Source: Burkholderiaceae bacterium (lineage in GTDB: Bacteria > Pseudomonadota > Gammaproteobacteria > Burkholderiales > Burkholderiaceae_D). Taken from it: DNA of 64,000 nt. The stretch covers positions 7,665 through 71,664 of the forward strand of contig DASYKE010000069.1 in NCBI GenBank assembly GCA_035995725.1, written 5' to 3'. The notes beneath the pieces are model-generated. The model was not told the origin of the DNA. It did not search any database and saw only the letters and a list, made by a program, of their open reading frames with translations. The position numbers were made by a program, and so were the translations under genes. Positions 1-9,728 of this stretch are shown here, in pieces. The number at the start of each line of letters is the position of its first letter. Position 1 is the first letter of the stretch.

Positions 1-99
1 ACTGAACCATAATTTATTCAAGCCGACTGAATCAGGTAGGCATTACCGGAAGTTTGCGCTAAAGTGATAGCAAAGAGTAACGCGGAAGGGGTGAAATTC

Positions 100-639
100 A
101 TGGCAACTGAAACGGCAACGCTGGGTGGCGGATGCTTTTGGTGCCTGGAGGCAGTGTACCAAGAGTTGAATGGAGTGCAGCATGTGGAATCCGGCTATAC
201 CGGCGGCCATATGCCCAATCCGAGCTATGAAAAAGTATGCGAAGGCACTACCGGCCACGCTGAAGTGGTTCGGGTTACGTTCGATCCTGCTGTCATCGGC
301 TATCGTGAAATTCTCGAGATATTTTTCACAATCCATGACCCGACCACGCCGAATCGTCAAGGTAACGATGTCGGTACCCAGTATCGTTCAGCGATTTATT
401 TTCATTCGCCCGAGCAAAAGGAGACGGCCAGGCATGTGATCGCCGAAATGGCCAATGTCTGGGATGCGCCTATCGTCACCGAGCTGAGTCCTGCCGGGAC
501 GTATTACAAGGCGGAGGATTATCATCAGAACTATTTCCGCCGCAACCCGTTGCAAGGCTATTGCGCTTTTGTCGTCGCGCCGAAACTTGTGAAATTCAGG
601 AAAACGTTCGCCGATAAAATGAAACCTCAATCGGCCTGA
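100..639 (+). CDS. msrA: peptide-methionine (S)-S-oxide reductase MsrA
   Basis: ORF 64..639. The GGGCFWC active-site motif sits at the N-terminus and the length is typical of MsrA. The ATG at 100 (MATETATLGGGCFWC) is preferred to the GTG at 64. Confidence 0.9.
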   Translation: MATETATLGGGCFWCLEAVYQELNGVQHVESGYTGGHMPNPSYEKVCEGTTGHAEVVRVTFDPAVIGYREILEIFFTIHDPTTPNRQGNDVGTQYRSAIYFHSPEQKETARHVIAEMANVWDAPIVTELSPAGTYYKAEDYHQNYFRRNPLQGYCAFVVAPKLVKFRKTFADKMKPQSA

Positions 640-742
640 CGCATTCGGCGCGAATAGCCCGGCTTTGAAAAAGCGCGCGGCCGTGCAAAAGAATCAAGGT
701 GGATCGGGCGACAATCCACACAATCACGATCACGGGTATCAA

Positions 743-1945
743 TCACGGGTACATATAGCGGCGCGACCATGGCAATGTCGCTATATCGCGCCCTGCCTTG
801 CTGCAGACCACCTGATTTATCGATACCCAGTCCTGGGCGAACGCATAGGCACAGCCCGCCAGATAGACGCGCCAGATGCGAAAGTGTCTATCATCCACCA
901 GGCGCTTGATTCGATCGGCCTGCGCCTCGAAATTGTCGGCCCATATACCACATGTTCTGGCGTAGTGCCGACGCAGGTTTTCGACGTCGCGCGCTTCCAG
1001 ACCGCCTTGCTGCATCGCTTTCAATACCTGTCCGATATGGGGCAGCTCGCCATGCGGGAAAACATATTTTTCAATGAATTCGCCGCCGCCGTAGACTGCT
1101 TCTCCATTTTCGGTGTCGGTTGTGGTGATGCCGTGATTCATGGCCAGTCCGTCGTCCGCGAGCAGAGAGCGCATCTTGGCGAAGTACGCCGGCAGGTGTT
1201 TTACCCCCACATGCTCGAACATGCCGACGCTAGTGATGCGGTCGTATGTCCCGTGGACATCGCGGTAATCCTGCAGGCGAATCTCGACCTGATCAGCCAG
1301 GCCCGCTTTTTCGACCCGCTCTTTTGCCAGTTCGAACTGATTCTTCGACAGCGTGATGCCGACGCATCTTGCATCGTATTTTTGCGCCGCGCGCATTACC
1401 AATGCACCCCAGCCGCAGCCGATATCCAGCAAGGTATCGCCGGGACGGACCTGAATCTTGGTCAGGATATGGTCGATCTTTTTCAGCTGTGCCGTGGCCA
1501 GATCTTCATCGCCGTTTTCAAAATAGGCGCATGAATAGACCATGTTTTCATCCAGCCATACCTTGTAAAAATCGTTGGAGACATCGTAGTGATACCGGAT
1601 CGCTTCCGCATCTTTTTTCCGGGTATGGCGGAAAGGATGGGTAATGCGTGCAGCTCTGCCTTCGGACTTTAGCGTGTATGCAGCCAGCGCATTGGCGATC
1701 TGGATGATTTCGGTTACACGGCCTTCCACTTCCAGCATGCCTTCGACATAGGCTTTGCCGAGATTGGCAAGCGAGGGTGTCAGCAAAAAGGACAACGCAG
1801 AGGCATGCGGCACCCGTACCGTGACCTGCGGCGCATGCTGGCCGAAATCGAACTGCTGTCCGTTCCATAGCTGCAGCCGCAGCGGCAATGCGGATTGATT
1901 GCGAATGCCGTCAACCCAATGTTCCAATTTTCTTTCCCAAAACAC
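743..1945 (-). CDS. cfa: cyclopropane-fatty-acyl-phospholipid synthase family SAM-dependent methyltransferase
   Basis: 400-aa ORF with SAM motif I (LLDIGCGWGAL) and a CFA-synthase-like N-terminal region. GTG start at 1945 is preceded by GGAGG. Confidence 0.8.
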   Translation of the reverse strand: MFWERKLEHWVDGIRNQSALPLRLQLWNGQQFDFGQHAPQVTVRVPHASALSFLLTPSLANLGKAYVEGMLEVEGRVTEIIQIANALAAYTLKSEGRAARITHPFRHTRKKDAEAIRYHYDVSNDFYKVWLDENMVYSCAYFENGDEDLATAQLKKIDHILTKIQVRPGDTLLDIGCGWGALVMRAAQKYDARCVGITLSKNQFELAKERVEKAGLADQVEIRLQDYRDVHGTYDRITSVGMFEHVGVKHLPAYFAKMRSLLADDGLAMNHGITTTDTENGEAVYGGGEFIEKYVFPHGELPHIGQVLKAMQQGGLEARDVENLRRHYARTCGIWADNFEAQADRIKRLVDDRHFRIWRVYLAGCAYAFAQDWVSINQVVCSKAGRDIATLPWSRRYMYP

Positions 1946-2011
1946 GATTTCCTCCGTGCATGCGAATCAATCGATACTCTTGGCGACACCAGTTGAATAT
2001 TGATGCACGGT

Positions 2012-2647
2012 CTATGGCTGCAGTCGCTGATGCTGCCACTGGCCGTCTTTTTGCAACGTATACAAAATGCGGTCGTGCAGGCGCGAACGGCGCCCCTGCC
2101 AGAATTCCATGGTATCCGGTATCAACCGATAGCCGCCCCAATGTTCCGGGCGCGGCGGATGGTCGCCGTATTGTTCTTCCGCCTGCGTGTATCGGGTTTC
2201 CAGCGCTTCGCGATCGGCGATGGCCTGGCTCTGGGCTGACGCAATCGCACTGAGACGGCTTTTCAGTGGACGGCTGTGGAAATAGGCGTCGCTGTCGACA
2301 GCGGACACACGTTCGACCCGACCTTCGATGCGCACCTGGCGCTCCAGCGGTATCCAGTGGAACAATAGCGCCGCGTACTGATTTGCCAGCAATTCGCGGC
2401 CCTTGCGGCTTTCGTAGTTGGTAAACCATGTAAAGCCGCGTTGATCGAATCCCTTGATCAGCATAATCCGGGACGACGGACGTCCGTTCGCCCCGACGGT
2501 CGTGACGCCCATCGCATTGGGCTCAGGTACTTTAGCCATGACCGCTTCGTCAAACCATTTTGCAAATTGCGTCATCGGATCGGCGTGCACGTTGGCCTCC
2601 GACAGGCTGGCATGACTATACTCCTTGCGCAAGTCCGCTATCGACAT
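2012..2647 (-). CDS. pdxH: pyridoxamine 5'-phosphate oxidase
   Basis: 211-aa ORF. The C-terminal WGGYRL...[13 protein letters not shown] signature and the length are typical of PdxH. Confidence 0.9.
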   Translation of the reverse strand: MSIADLRKEYSHASLSEANVHADPMTQFAKWFDEAVMAKVPEPNAMGVTTVGANGRPSSRIMLIKGFDQRGFTWFTNYESRKGRELLANQYAALLFHWIPLERQVRIEGRVERVSAVDSDAYFHSRPLKSRLSAIASAQSQAIADREALETRYTQAEEQYGDHPPRPEHWGGYRLIPDTMEFWQGRRSRLHDRILYTLQKDGQWQHQRLQP

Positions 2648-3192
2648 CTGTTTCCCCCGGAAGCAATGCCTCGGCGCGCGCGCATCGCTTCACCCAGCTG
2701 GTTCATTTGCGCAGTGCTGAAGAGTCGTTTCGCCATCGCAGCAATCTGCATTTCTTCCTTTTCCATATGTGCCGTATACATTTCGGCAAAACGATTCACA
2801 TCCTGTTGCGACAGGTCCGAAGATGCACCCGATGCGATTTCTTTTAATTGATGTTCGAGAATTTCCCAGGCGGCATCCATTTGCCGATGCTCTTTCATGA
2901 TTTCCGGCAGCAGCATATTCAACAGCGTGGAGTCTTCGCCCTTGGCCGTAGTTTGCAGCATGGGCAGCAAATCATGTTCTTCATCTTCATGATGCTGATG
3001 GGCTGCCTTATTAAAGTAACGCAAAACGGCGCTCGCTGCTTGTTGCACATCAATATTTTGTCCGTCTTGACGGCGACGCACCGTGAGATTTTGCATGGTG
3101 CGAAGCTGTTTGCGAATCCGGTCATGACAATGCTTGAGCACGGCGATCGGCTGGTCGAAGTCCGGAGCCGGCTCAAATAGCGAATCGATCAT
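2638..3192 (-). CDS. hemerythrin (HHE cation-binding) domain protein
   Basis: 184-aa ORF with His/Glu-rich HHE-type motifs ([29 protein letters not shown]). Its stop overlaps the pdxH start by 10 nt, and its start overlaps the stop of the upstream MFS gene. Confidence 0.7.
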   Translation of the reverse strand: MIDSLFEPAPDFDQPIAVLKHCHDRIRKQLRTMQNLTVRRRQDGQNIDVQQAASAVLRYFNKAAHQHHEDEEHDLLPMLQTTAKGEDSTLLNMLLPEIMKEHRQMDAAWEILEHQLKEIASGASSDLSQQDVNRFAEMYTAHMEKEEMQIAAMAKRLFSTAQMNQLGEAMRARRGIASGGNRCR

Positions 3193-4412
3193 ATGGTTTT
3201 GCCTCTTCGTTTCACAAACGCTTTACGCCAGGCGATCGGCACGCCTGCACCAATCATCGCACCGGCTCCCCAAAATACGGTGAATAATCCCAATGTGGCG
3301 CCCGCCGCACCGAACGCAAGCGGCAATATCACCTGGCTGGCGTTGCTGATTGTGGCACGAATGCCGATTGCCTCTGCTCCGCGTCCGGCAGGCGCAGCAT
3401 GATGCAACAGGGCCAGCACGTTGGGCTGGCTCGACCCGAGCGCGAGTCCGAGCAGTGCCGCGACGGCCATCAATGAAAACGGTTGCTCCATGAAAGGAAA
3501 CAATGCATAACTTATCACAGCAAATGCCAGTGCGACAGTCAGTACTTGCCATTCCGTATAGCGGTGCGAAATCCATGGCATCACCAGCCGCACGGTAAAG
3601 GTCGCAGCCGAAAATGCACCCAGGATCAGGCCGATGGTAGAGGCGGAAAAGCCGAGTTTCGAGCCTTGGATCGGCGTCACGAAAGTGAATAAATCCCAAG
3701 CCGTGGCAAGCAGAATTCCTACCACGTAAATTCGCCGCATGTCGGGATCGCGCAGCAGCTCCAGCGGGCTGCCGGCTGTGGCGTTGGCTGTGCACTCCCG
3801 TTGGCCGGATTTCTTTTGACTGCCGGACCGGAGGAGTTTGATCCGGTTCAGGTTGCTGCATGCCAGCAAGCCCAACGCAAGCACGGCGAAGCCGCAGCAG
3901 ACGGCGTACGCGAAGGCGAACCGGGTGCGATCGATGACAAAACCGGTAATCACCGGACCGCAGAAACTGGATATCGAGAAACCGAGCGACAGCCAGCTGA
4001 AATTGGCGGCGCGCGTTTCCATGCTGCTCATTGCGCCGACCGCATGCTGCGATCCGATATGAATCGCCATGAACCCGGTGCCGATCAGGATTACGGCAAG
4101 GTACAGTACCGGCAAGCCAGCCGCAACGCTTGGAATCGCGCAGCCTATTGCGACCGCCAGGCAACCGAACATCATTGGTTTTTTGATGCCGATGCGGTCG
4201 AGCAGGCGCCCCATCGGCACAGCCAGAATCATTGGAAACAGTGCAAACAACGCAATCAGCGTGCCGATCGTGAATTCCGAAGCATCCAGTGACAACGCAT
4301 ATAGTGCTGTCGTCACGCGCGCGCCGGCTAATGCAACATGCGCGGCCACGGAAATTGCGATCAGCTGGATCAGGGGGGTGAAATGCCGCACGGAAAAGAA
4401 ATATTGATGCAA
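3189..4412 (-). CDS. MFS transporter
   Basis: 407-aa hydrophobic ORF with a 12-TMS-like pattern and an MFS loop motif (GRLLDRIGIKK). Confidence 0.8.
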   Translation of the reverse strand: MHQYFFSVRHFTPLIQLIAISVAAHVALAGARVTTALYALSLDASEFTIGTLIALFALFPMILAVPMGRLLDRIGIKKPMMFGCLAVAIGCAIPSVAAGLPVLYLAVILIGTGFMAIHIGSQHAVGAMSSMETRAANFSWLSLGFSISSFCGPVITGFVIDRTRFAFAYAVCCGFAVLALGLLACSNLNRIKLLRSGSQKKSGQRECTANATAGSPLELLRDPDMRRIYVVGILLATAWDLFTFVTPIQGSKLGFSASTIGLILGAFSAATFTVRLVMPWISHRYTEWQVLTVALAFAVISYALFPFMEQPFSLMAVAALLGLALGSSQPNVLALLHHAAPAGRGAEAIGIRATISNASQVILPLAFGAAGATLGLFTVFWGAGAMIGAGVPIAWRKAFVKRRGKTI

Positions 4413-4504
4413 AGGCCGAAAATCGACAGAAACTTATTTTAGAGCAAAAATGGTCAAATAAGCTTGCATTTGGAATAGAGGTTGCTGTCCGGTAAAATAC
4501 CGGA

Positions 4505-5413
4505 ATGAAACCATTGACTTTACATTCGCCGTTCGCTGCGTTGCCGGAAATCGATTTCGATCGCCGATTCGGCGGTATCGCCCGCTTGTATGGGGACGCG
4601 GCGCTCATGCGTTTCCGTAGCGCACATGTTTGCGTGATCGGTGTAGGCGGGGTAGGTTCCTGGGTGGTAGAGGCGCTGGCGCGCAGTGCCATCGGTCATA
4701 TCACGATGATTGATCTTGACAACCTGGCGGAATCGAACGTCAATCGTCAGATTCATGCGCTGACTGATACGCTTGGCAAGGCCAAGGTGACTGTGTTGTC
4801 AGAGCGCATTGCGCAAATCAATCCATATTGCCGCGTCACTGAGATTGAGGATTTCGTCACAGCCGACAATCTCCATCAAATGATCGGTCCCGCCAATTAC
4901 GATTATGTGATCGATGCAATCGATAATGTCCGCGCCAAGACCGCATTGATCGCTTACTGCCGCGAGCGAGGCATCAGGCTGATTACGATTGGCGGTGCCG
5001 GCGGGCAAATCGATCCAACCAAAATCGAAATCCGCGATCTTTGCAGAACGGAGCAGGAACCGTTGCTGGCGAAAGTGCGCAAACGACTCCGTGCCGAGCA
5101 CGGCTTTCCGCGCGGGACGAAAAACAAATTTGGCATCGATGCAGTGTTTTCCACCGAGCCACTGCGTTTTCCGGAGATCGACGACGCTTGTGCGCTGGGC
5201 ATGGACGATCAGACAGGAATAACGGGTTTGAACTGCGCAGGATTCGGATCGGCGATGGTGGTGACTGCCACTTTCGGATTGGTTGCGGCAGCACAGGTAT
5301 TACGTAGGCTGGCAGCGGATGTGCAATCACAAGTCAACAGAAATACTGCAACTGCGGAAAGCACTGAAGCAATGCAGGAAGAAAATAAAAACTGCCTGAG
5401 CGTTTCAGTTTGA
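4505..5413 (+). CDS. tcdA: tRNA threonylcarbamoyladenosine dehydratase (ThiF/HesA family, TcdA-like)
   Basis: Rossmann motif VIGVGGVGSW followed by IDLDNLAESNVNRQ, typical of the TcdA/CsdL E1-like family. Confidence 0.8.
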   Translation: MKPLTLHSPFAALPEIDFDRRFGGIARLYGDAALMRFRSAHVCVIGVGGVGSWVVEALARSAIGHITMIDLDNLAESNVNRQIHALTDTLGKAKVTVLSERIAQINPYCRVTEIEDFVTADNLHQMIGPANYDYVIDAIDNVRAKTALIAYCRERGIRLITIGGAGGQIDPTKIEIRDLCRTEQEPLLAKVRKRLRAEHGFPRGTKNKFGIDAVFSTEPLRFPEIDDACALGMDDQTGITGLNCAGFGSAMVVTATFGLVAAAQVLRRLAADVQSQVNRNTATAESTEAMQEENKNCLSVSV

Positions 5414-5555
5414 TCTGAGCCATCGTGCGTGGCAGGTGGACGGTACACATGGCAAATGCCCGATGGTGTCGCGCACTTTGCCGCTGCAAGTCGAAGGTAG
5501 AGGTGGAAGCCACGCATTGGAAGGAGTCCGACACAGCGCGCATTCCGGATTGCCG

Positions 5556-7688
5556 CTATTCTGCTGCGCTTGTTTCGCGCTGTTCCAATGCCAGCTTGAT
5601 GAACTCTGCAGCCGGCGCCGGCTGGCTGAATAAAAAGCCTTGCATTCGATCGCAACCGAGTTGCTTCAGGAACGCAAGCTGCGCGTTCGTCTCGACGCCC
5701 TCGGCGACCACAATCATGTCGAGGCTTTTTGCCATCGCGATCACTGCGGTAACGATCGCCACGCTGTCGGCATTGTCGGGCAAATCATGGATGAATGACC
5801 GGTCGAGCTTGAGCAGGTGGATCGGAAAGCGTTTCAGAAAGCCCAGGCTCGAATAGCCGGTGCCGAAATCGTCGATCGAGAACCGGATGCCGAGGCGCCC
5901 GAGTCCGTCGAAATTGGCAAGAATGGTCTCGCTCTGACTCATCAGCAAACTCTCCGTGATCTCGAGGTGCAGGCACGCCGGATTGATTTCGGTACGTTGG
6001 ATCATCGAAGCAACTGTCGCTGCCAGGCCTTCTGTCATGAAATGACGGGATGACAGGTTGACCGCCAGCGTAAAATTGCGCAGCCCCAGCTCGCGCCATG
6101 CGCGTAACTGGCGGCAAGCCTGTTCGAGTACCCATACCCCGAGTGGCGCGATAAGACCGCTTTCCTCGGCCACGGGGATGAATTCCGCCGGCGCAATCCA
6201 GTCTTTGTGCGTATTGGGCCAGCGCAACAGGGCTTCGGCGCCCACTATCGCTCCCGATTCGATGTCGACTATGGGCTGGTAATGCAGCACAAATCCGCCA
6301 TCGTCCAGAGCATGCCGCATGTCGCGCTCCATGCTGAGCCGCTGTTGTATTTGGGTATTCATATGCTCGGCAAACATTTTGTGCTGATTGCGACCGAGCT
6401 GCTTGGCGCTGTACATCGCAGTGTCGGCATTACGCATCAGCGTCGTCACATCCTGTCCATGTTCGGGATAGAAGGCGATGCCGATGCTGGCTGTGAGGTG
6501 AAGTTCGTGTCCGGCGATATCGATACGCAAGGCGATCGAATCGAGCAGATTCCGGGCCATCTGAGACAGATCCGCATAGGGAACGACATCGGGCAGGCTC
6601 ACGACGAATTCGTCGCCGCCAATGCGGGCAATGGTGTCTCCTTCGCGCAGACAGAGCGACAGACGCTGTGCCAAGACCTGCAGCACCTGGTCGCCAATGT
6701 GGTGGCCCAGCGAATCGTTGATGTTCTTGAAATGGTCGAGATCGATAAAAGCCACGGCAAGACGAATTCCGCGGCGATCCGCCCACGCCAGCGATTGCTT
6801 GATCCTGTCCTCCAGCAATATACGGTTAGGCAAACCCGTAAGCGCGTCATGGTAAGCCATGTACTGGATTCGTTGCTCGGCGTGCTTGCGTTCCAGGACC
6901 TCCATTTCGAGCGTCCGGTTGGTCACTTCCAGCTCCGCGGTCCGTTCGCGCACACGGCGATCCAAATGCTCCTGCGATTCGCGCAATGCCTGTTCGGTGC
7001 GACGTTGTTGCGCGTACTGACTCTTGATGACAGTATCGGCATGTCTGACGATGAAAAAGAGCATGCCATACAACAGGGTCAGTACCGCGATTACACTCAG
7101 AGTGACCTGGCGTTGTCCCTTGTCTATGCTCCGAAGTACCTCGGTGACATCGGTATAGACCTCCAGTACGCCTTCGACGGGACCCTGGTTACCGCGGCGT
7201 AACGCGACGTAGCTCGATAGCATGTCGCGGTTTTCGATTACCTGCTCGAAAGCGCTGAACTGGGAGCGATGGATGATCTCGCTTATCGGCCGCCCTTGGC
7301 GCGCCGACAGAAAGCCGGCATTACGGCTCTTGTCCTCGCCGATCTGCGCTGCATCGGTCGAAAACAGCGTGCGGCCGTTGAGGTCGTAGAGTTTTACCCT
7401 GACTACCCGGGTATCGTGCATTTGGTCGATCACGCGCTGGCGAAGCGAGGCAAGACCGGGATGGTGGCGCAGCGCCTCGGCGTCGAGCCGCCCCGCTGCA
7501 TTGACGAAATCGTGCAGCTGCGGCCAAAGGGAGTTTGCCAGGGTCTGCGTCAGCGTGACGTTGCTGCTTTCGCCGAGCTCGAGCATATGGCTTGTCGCAA
7601 CCTGACGATATATTCCTCCGAGAACGGCTGCCGCCAGCATTACTGACATCAGGCTCGCAATCGAAAAATAGCGCAAAAGCCGAAACAT
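5556..7688 (-). CDS. membrane sensor diguanylate cyclase/phosphodiesterase (periplasmic sensor-GGDEF-EAL)
   Basis: Carries RIGGDEFVV with an upstream RxxD (REGD), plus EALLRW and DDFGTGYSSL. Two TM segments flank an N-terminal sensor domain of about 170 aa. The ATG at 7688 (MFRLLRYFS) has an AGGAGAG RBS and is preferred to 7724. Confidence 0.85.
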   Translation of the reverse strand: MFRLLRYFSIASLMSVMLAAAVLGGIYRQVATSHMLELGESSNVTLTQTLANSLWPQLHDFVNAAGRLDAEALRHHPGLASLRQRVIDQMHDTRVVRVKLYDLNGRTLFSTDAAQIGEDKSRNAGFLSARQGRPISEIIHRSQFSAFEQVIENRDMLSSYVALRRGNQGPVEGVLEVYTDVTEVLRSIDKGQRQVTLSVIAVLTLLYGMLFFIVRHADTVIKSQYAQQRRTEQALRESQEHLDRRVRERTAELEVTNRTLEMEVLERKHAEQRIQYMAYHDALTGLPNRILLEDRIKQSLAWADRRGIRLAVAFIDLDHFKNINDSLGHHIGDQVLQVLAQRLSLCLREGDTIARIGGDEFVVSLPDVVPYADLSQMARNLLDSIALRIDIAGHELHLTASIGIAFYPEHGQDVTTLMRNADTAMYSAKQLGRNQHKMFAEHMNTQIQQRLSMERDMRHALDDGGFVLHYQPIVDIESGAIVGAEALLRWPNTHKDWIAPAEFIPVAEESGLIAPLGVWVLEQACRQLRAWRELGLRNFTLAVNLSSRHFMTEGLAATVASMIQRTEINPACLHLEITESLLMSQSETILANFDGLGRLGIRFSIDDFGTGYSSLGFLKRFPIHLLKLDRSFIHDLPDNADSVAIVTAVIAMAKSLDMIVVAEGVETNAQLAFLKQLGCDRMQGFLFSQPAPAAEFIKLALEQRETSAAE

Positions 7689-7967
7689 GACGCTCTCCTG
7701 TCGCTGCACCAGGCCAGATATCACTTTTGGTTATCGAATCGCAAGCGCATATGAATCCGGAAGCTTTTTGCATCGCTGCTGTTTATGTATTGCGATCCTG
7801 TCACCGATGGGCCTTCTTGGTATGCCGTCAATATACATGAAACAGAAAATGGAAAGCTCGCTATTGATCATGGAGCGCTATTCCTTGCAACATGCAAAAT
7901 TGCAATAAGTCGACAAGCAATCGTTTCATGCATGTTCGATTACAACATTGAGTTGCGTTTCGGCAAT

Positions 7968-8501
7968 TCAAAAACCGTCATTGAGCTGATGCGAGGCGAG
8001 GACCTGATAGGTCACACCACTTGGCCGTATAACGGACTGGACCAGCGCAATCTGGTTGGCTTTCCATTTAATTGGTTCAAACGGAATATCGGGAGGAGGC
8101 TGCGCATCGCGCGCCAAAGTGATGTGGGGTTTGAAAGCAGGCTGATCATCGAACACGATATTGAGCTGCTGCAGCGCTTGCGTCAGCTCGCGCTGCAGCG
8201 TGGACAGCGTATCCGGGATCTGATGCATGCCAGCCCATACGATACGGTGCCGCGTGAAATAACCGATCCTGTCCATCACAATCGTCATGTCAGACTTGGG
8301 AAGGCGGGTCATGATCGCTTGCAGGGCGGGTACCAGAGCGGCCGGCTGGCGGCCTAAAAACGCCAGCGTGACATGCAGATTGCCGTACTGTGTCTTGCGG
8401 CCCTGCAGGGTAGTTTGCAAGCTTGTCAGAGCTGCGCGGGTGGCATCGTCGGGCCACAGCGCATAAAACAGCCGCAGCGACTCAGTCGTATCGTTATCCA
8501 T
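7968..8501 (-). CDS. thpR: RNA 2',3'-cyclic phosphodiesterase (2H phosphoesterase, ThpR/LigT)
   Basis: 177-aa ORF with the two H-x-T/S motifs HVTLAFLG and HITLAR. Confidence 0.8.
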   Translation of the reverse strand: MDNDTTESLRLFYALWPDDATRAALTSLQTTLQGRKTQYGNLHVTLAFLGRQPAALVPALQAIMTRLPKSDMTIVMDRIGYFTRHRIVWAGMHQIPDTLSTLQRELTQALQQLNIVFDDQPAFKPHITLARDAQPPPDIPFEPIKWKANQIALVQSVIRPSGVTYQVLASHQLNDGF

Positions 8502-8607
8502 GGCGTTGGCGTTGGCCTTGCATTCCCTGCGGTCACATTCCCTACGGTCACATTCCCGGCGGCGACCAACGGGAGTGCACCGCCGACCAACGAGAGTGCA
8601 CAGCTCG
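8502..8607. repeat. composite tandem-repeat array (6-bp x3, 15-bp x3, 21-bp x2) filling the guaC-thpR spacer
   Basis: Read directly from the sequence. Hexamers: ggcgtt, ggcgtt, ggcctt (8502-8519). 15-bp units: cattccctgcggtca, cattccctacggtca, cattcccggcggcga (8521-8565). 21-bp units: ccaacgggagtgcaccgccga, ccaacgagagtgcacagctcg (8566-8607). Confidence 0.9.
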
Positions 8608-8612
8608 TCGGA

Positions 8613-9662
8613 CTAAGATTTTCCAAATACCTGATTAAGTTGCTGCGTCACGCGGATGAATGTCGTGCGCTTGGTCAATTCCTTCAATTTGTGCGCGCCG
8701 ACATACGTACATGCCGACCGTACGCCGCCCAGGATGTCTTGCAGCGTATCGGCAACCGCGCCGCGGTACTCGATCAGCACTTCCTTGCCCTCGCTGGCAC
8801 GATAGCGGGCAACGCCGCCCGCATGTTTTTCCATCGCGGTGCGGCTGCTCATTCCATAAAACTGTTTGAATTTTTTGCCGTCGCGCTCGATCACTTCGCC
8901 TGCAGATTCATCGTGCCCGGCCAGCATGCCGCCCAGCATGATGAAATCTGCCCCGCCGCCAAACGCCTTGGCCAGATCGCCGGGCACCGAGCAGCCGCCA
9001 TCGGCGCAAATCTGCCCGCCCAGGCCATGTGCCGCGTCCGCGCATTCGATCACCGCCGACAATTGCGGATAGCCGACGCCGGTCATCTTGCGGGTGGTGC
9101 AAACCGAGCCGGGCCCGATGCCGACCTTGACAATATCGGCGCCGGCCAGGATCAGTTCTTCGGTCATGTCGCCGGTCACCACGTTGCCGGCCATGATGGT
9201 CAGGTGCGGGAAATTAGCGCGTACCTTCTTTACAAAATGAACGAAGCTTTCGTTATAGCCGTTGGCGACATCGATGCAGACATATTCGACGGATTCGGCG
9301 CGGGCCATCACCGCCGTAAATTTTTCATAATCCGCTTTGCCGATGCCCATTGAATAAAACGCGCTTGACGATACCAGCCCGCTTGGCTGCAGCGATTGAA
9401 AAAATGCGACCAGTTCGTTTTCGGAATAATGCTTGTGCAGCGCTACCGACAAGCCGTGTTTACCCAATGCCCGTGCCATTTCGACGGTGCCGATGGTATC
9501 CATGTTGGCGCCGATGATCGGAATGCCATGGTATTTCCTGCGCGAGTGATGGAAGACGAATTCCCGGCTGATATCGACGTCAGAGCGCGAACTCAGCGTC
9601 GATCGCTTTGGACGTATCAGCACATCCTTGAAATCGAGTTTGACCGATTCTTCAATATGCAT
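8613..9662 (-). CDS. guaC: GMP reductase
   Basis: 349-aa IMPDH/GMPR-family barrel without a CBS insert. Has the N-terminal [15 protein letters not shown] motif and the catalytic loop [11 protein letters not shown]. Confidence 0.9.
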   Translation of the reverse strand: MHIEESVKLDFKDVLIRPKRSTLSSRSDVDISREFVFHHSRRKYHGIPIIGANMDTIGTVEMARALGKHGLSVALHKHYSENELVAFFQSLQPSGLVSSSAFYSMGIGKADYEKFTAVMARAESVEYVCIDVANGYNESFVHFVKKVRANFPHLTIMAGNVVTGDMTEELILAGADIVKVGIGPGSVCTTRKMTGVGYPQLSAVIECADAAHGLGGQICADGGCSVPGDLAKAFGGGADFIMLGGMLAGHDESAGEVIERDGKKFKQFYGMSSRTAMEKHAGGVARYRASEGKEVLIEYRGAVADTLQDILGGVRSACTYVGAHKLKELTKRTTFIRVTQQLNQVFGKS

Positions 9663-9728
9663 GACGTTTTATCTCCGCAAAGCTGGCATACCGGGATGTT
9701 TAACCCACGCAAATTGCATCGGCGGATC

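Noticed and set aside
3223-4692. 489-aa same-strand ORF overlapping the MFS transporter in another frame.
   Set aside because: Its composition is low-complexity and Arg-rich. The MFS frame gives a coherent 12-TMS protein, and the alternative frame also runs antisense into tcdA.
7785-8357. 190-aa plus-strand ORF starting in the GGDEF-thpR gap and running antisense through thpR.
   Set aside because: Most of it is antisense to a well-supported 2H phosphoesterase gene, and it has no recognisable motifs.
8502-8607. Possibility that the short repeat array is a CRISPR array.
   Set aside because: The units are contiguous, with no spacers. They are only 6-21 bp long and of three different kinds, and no cas genes are nearby.
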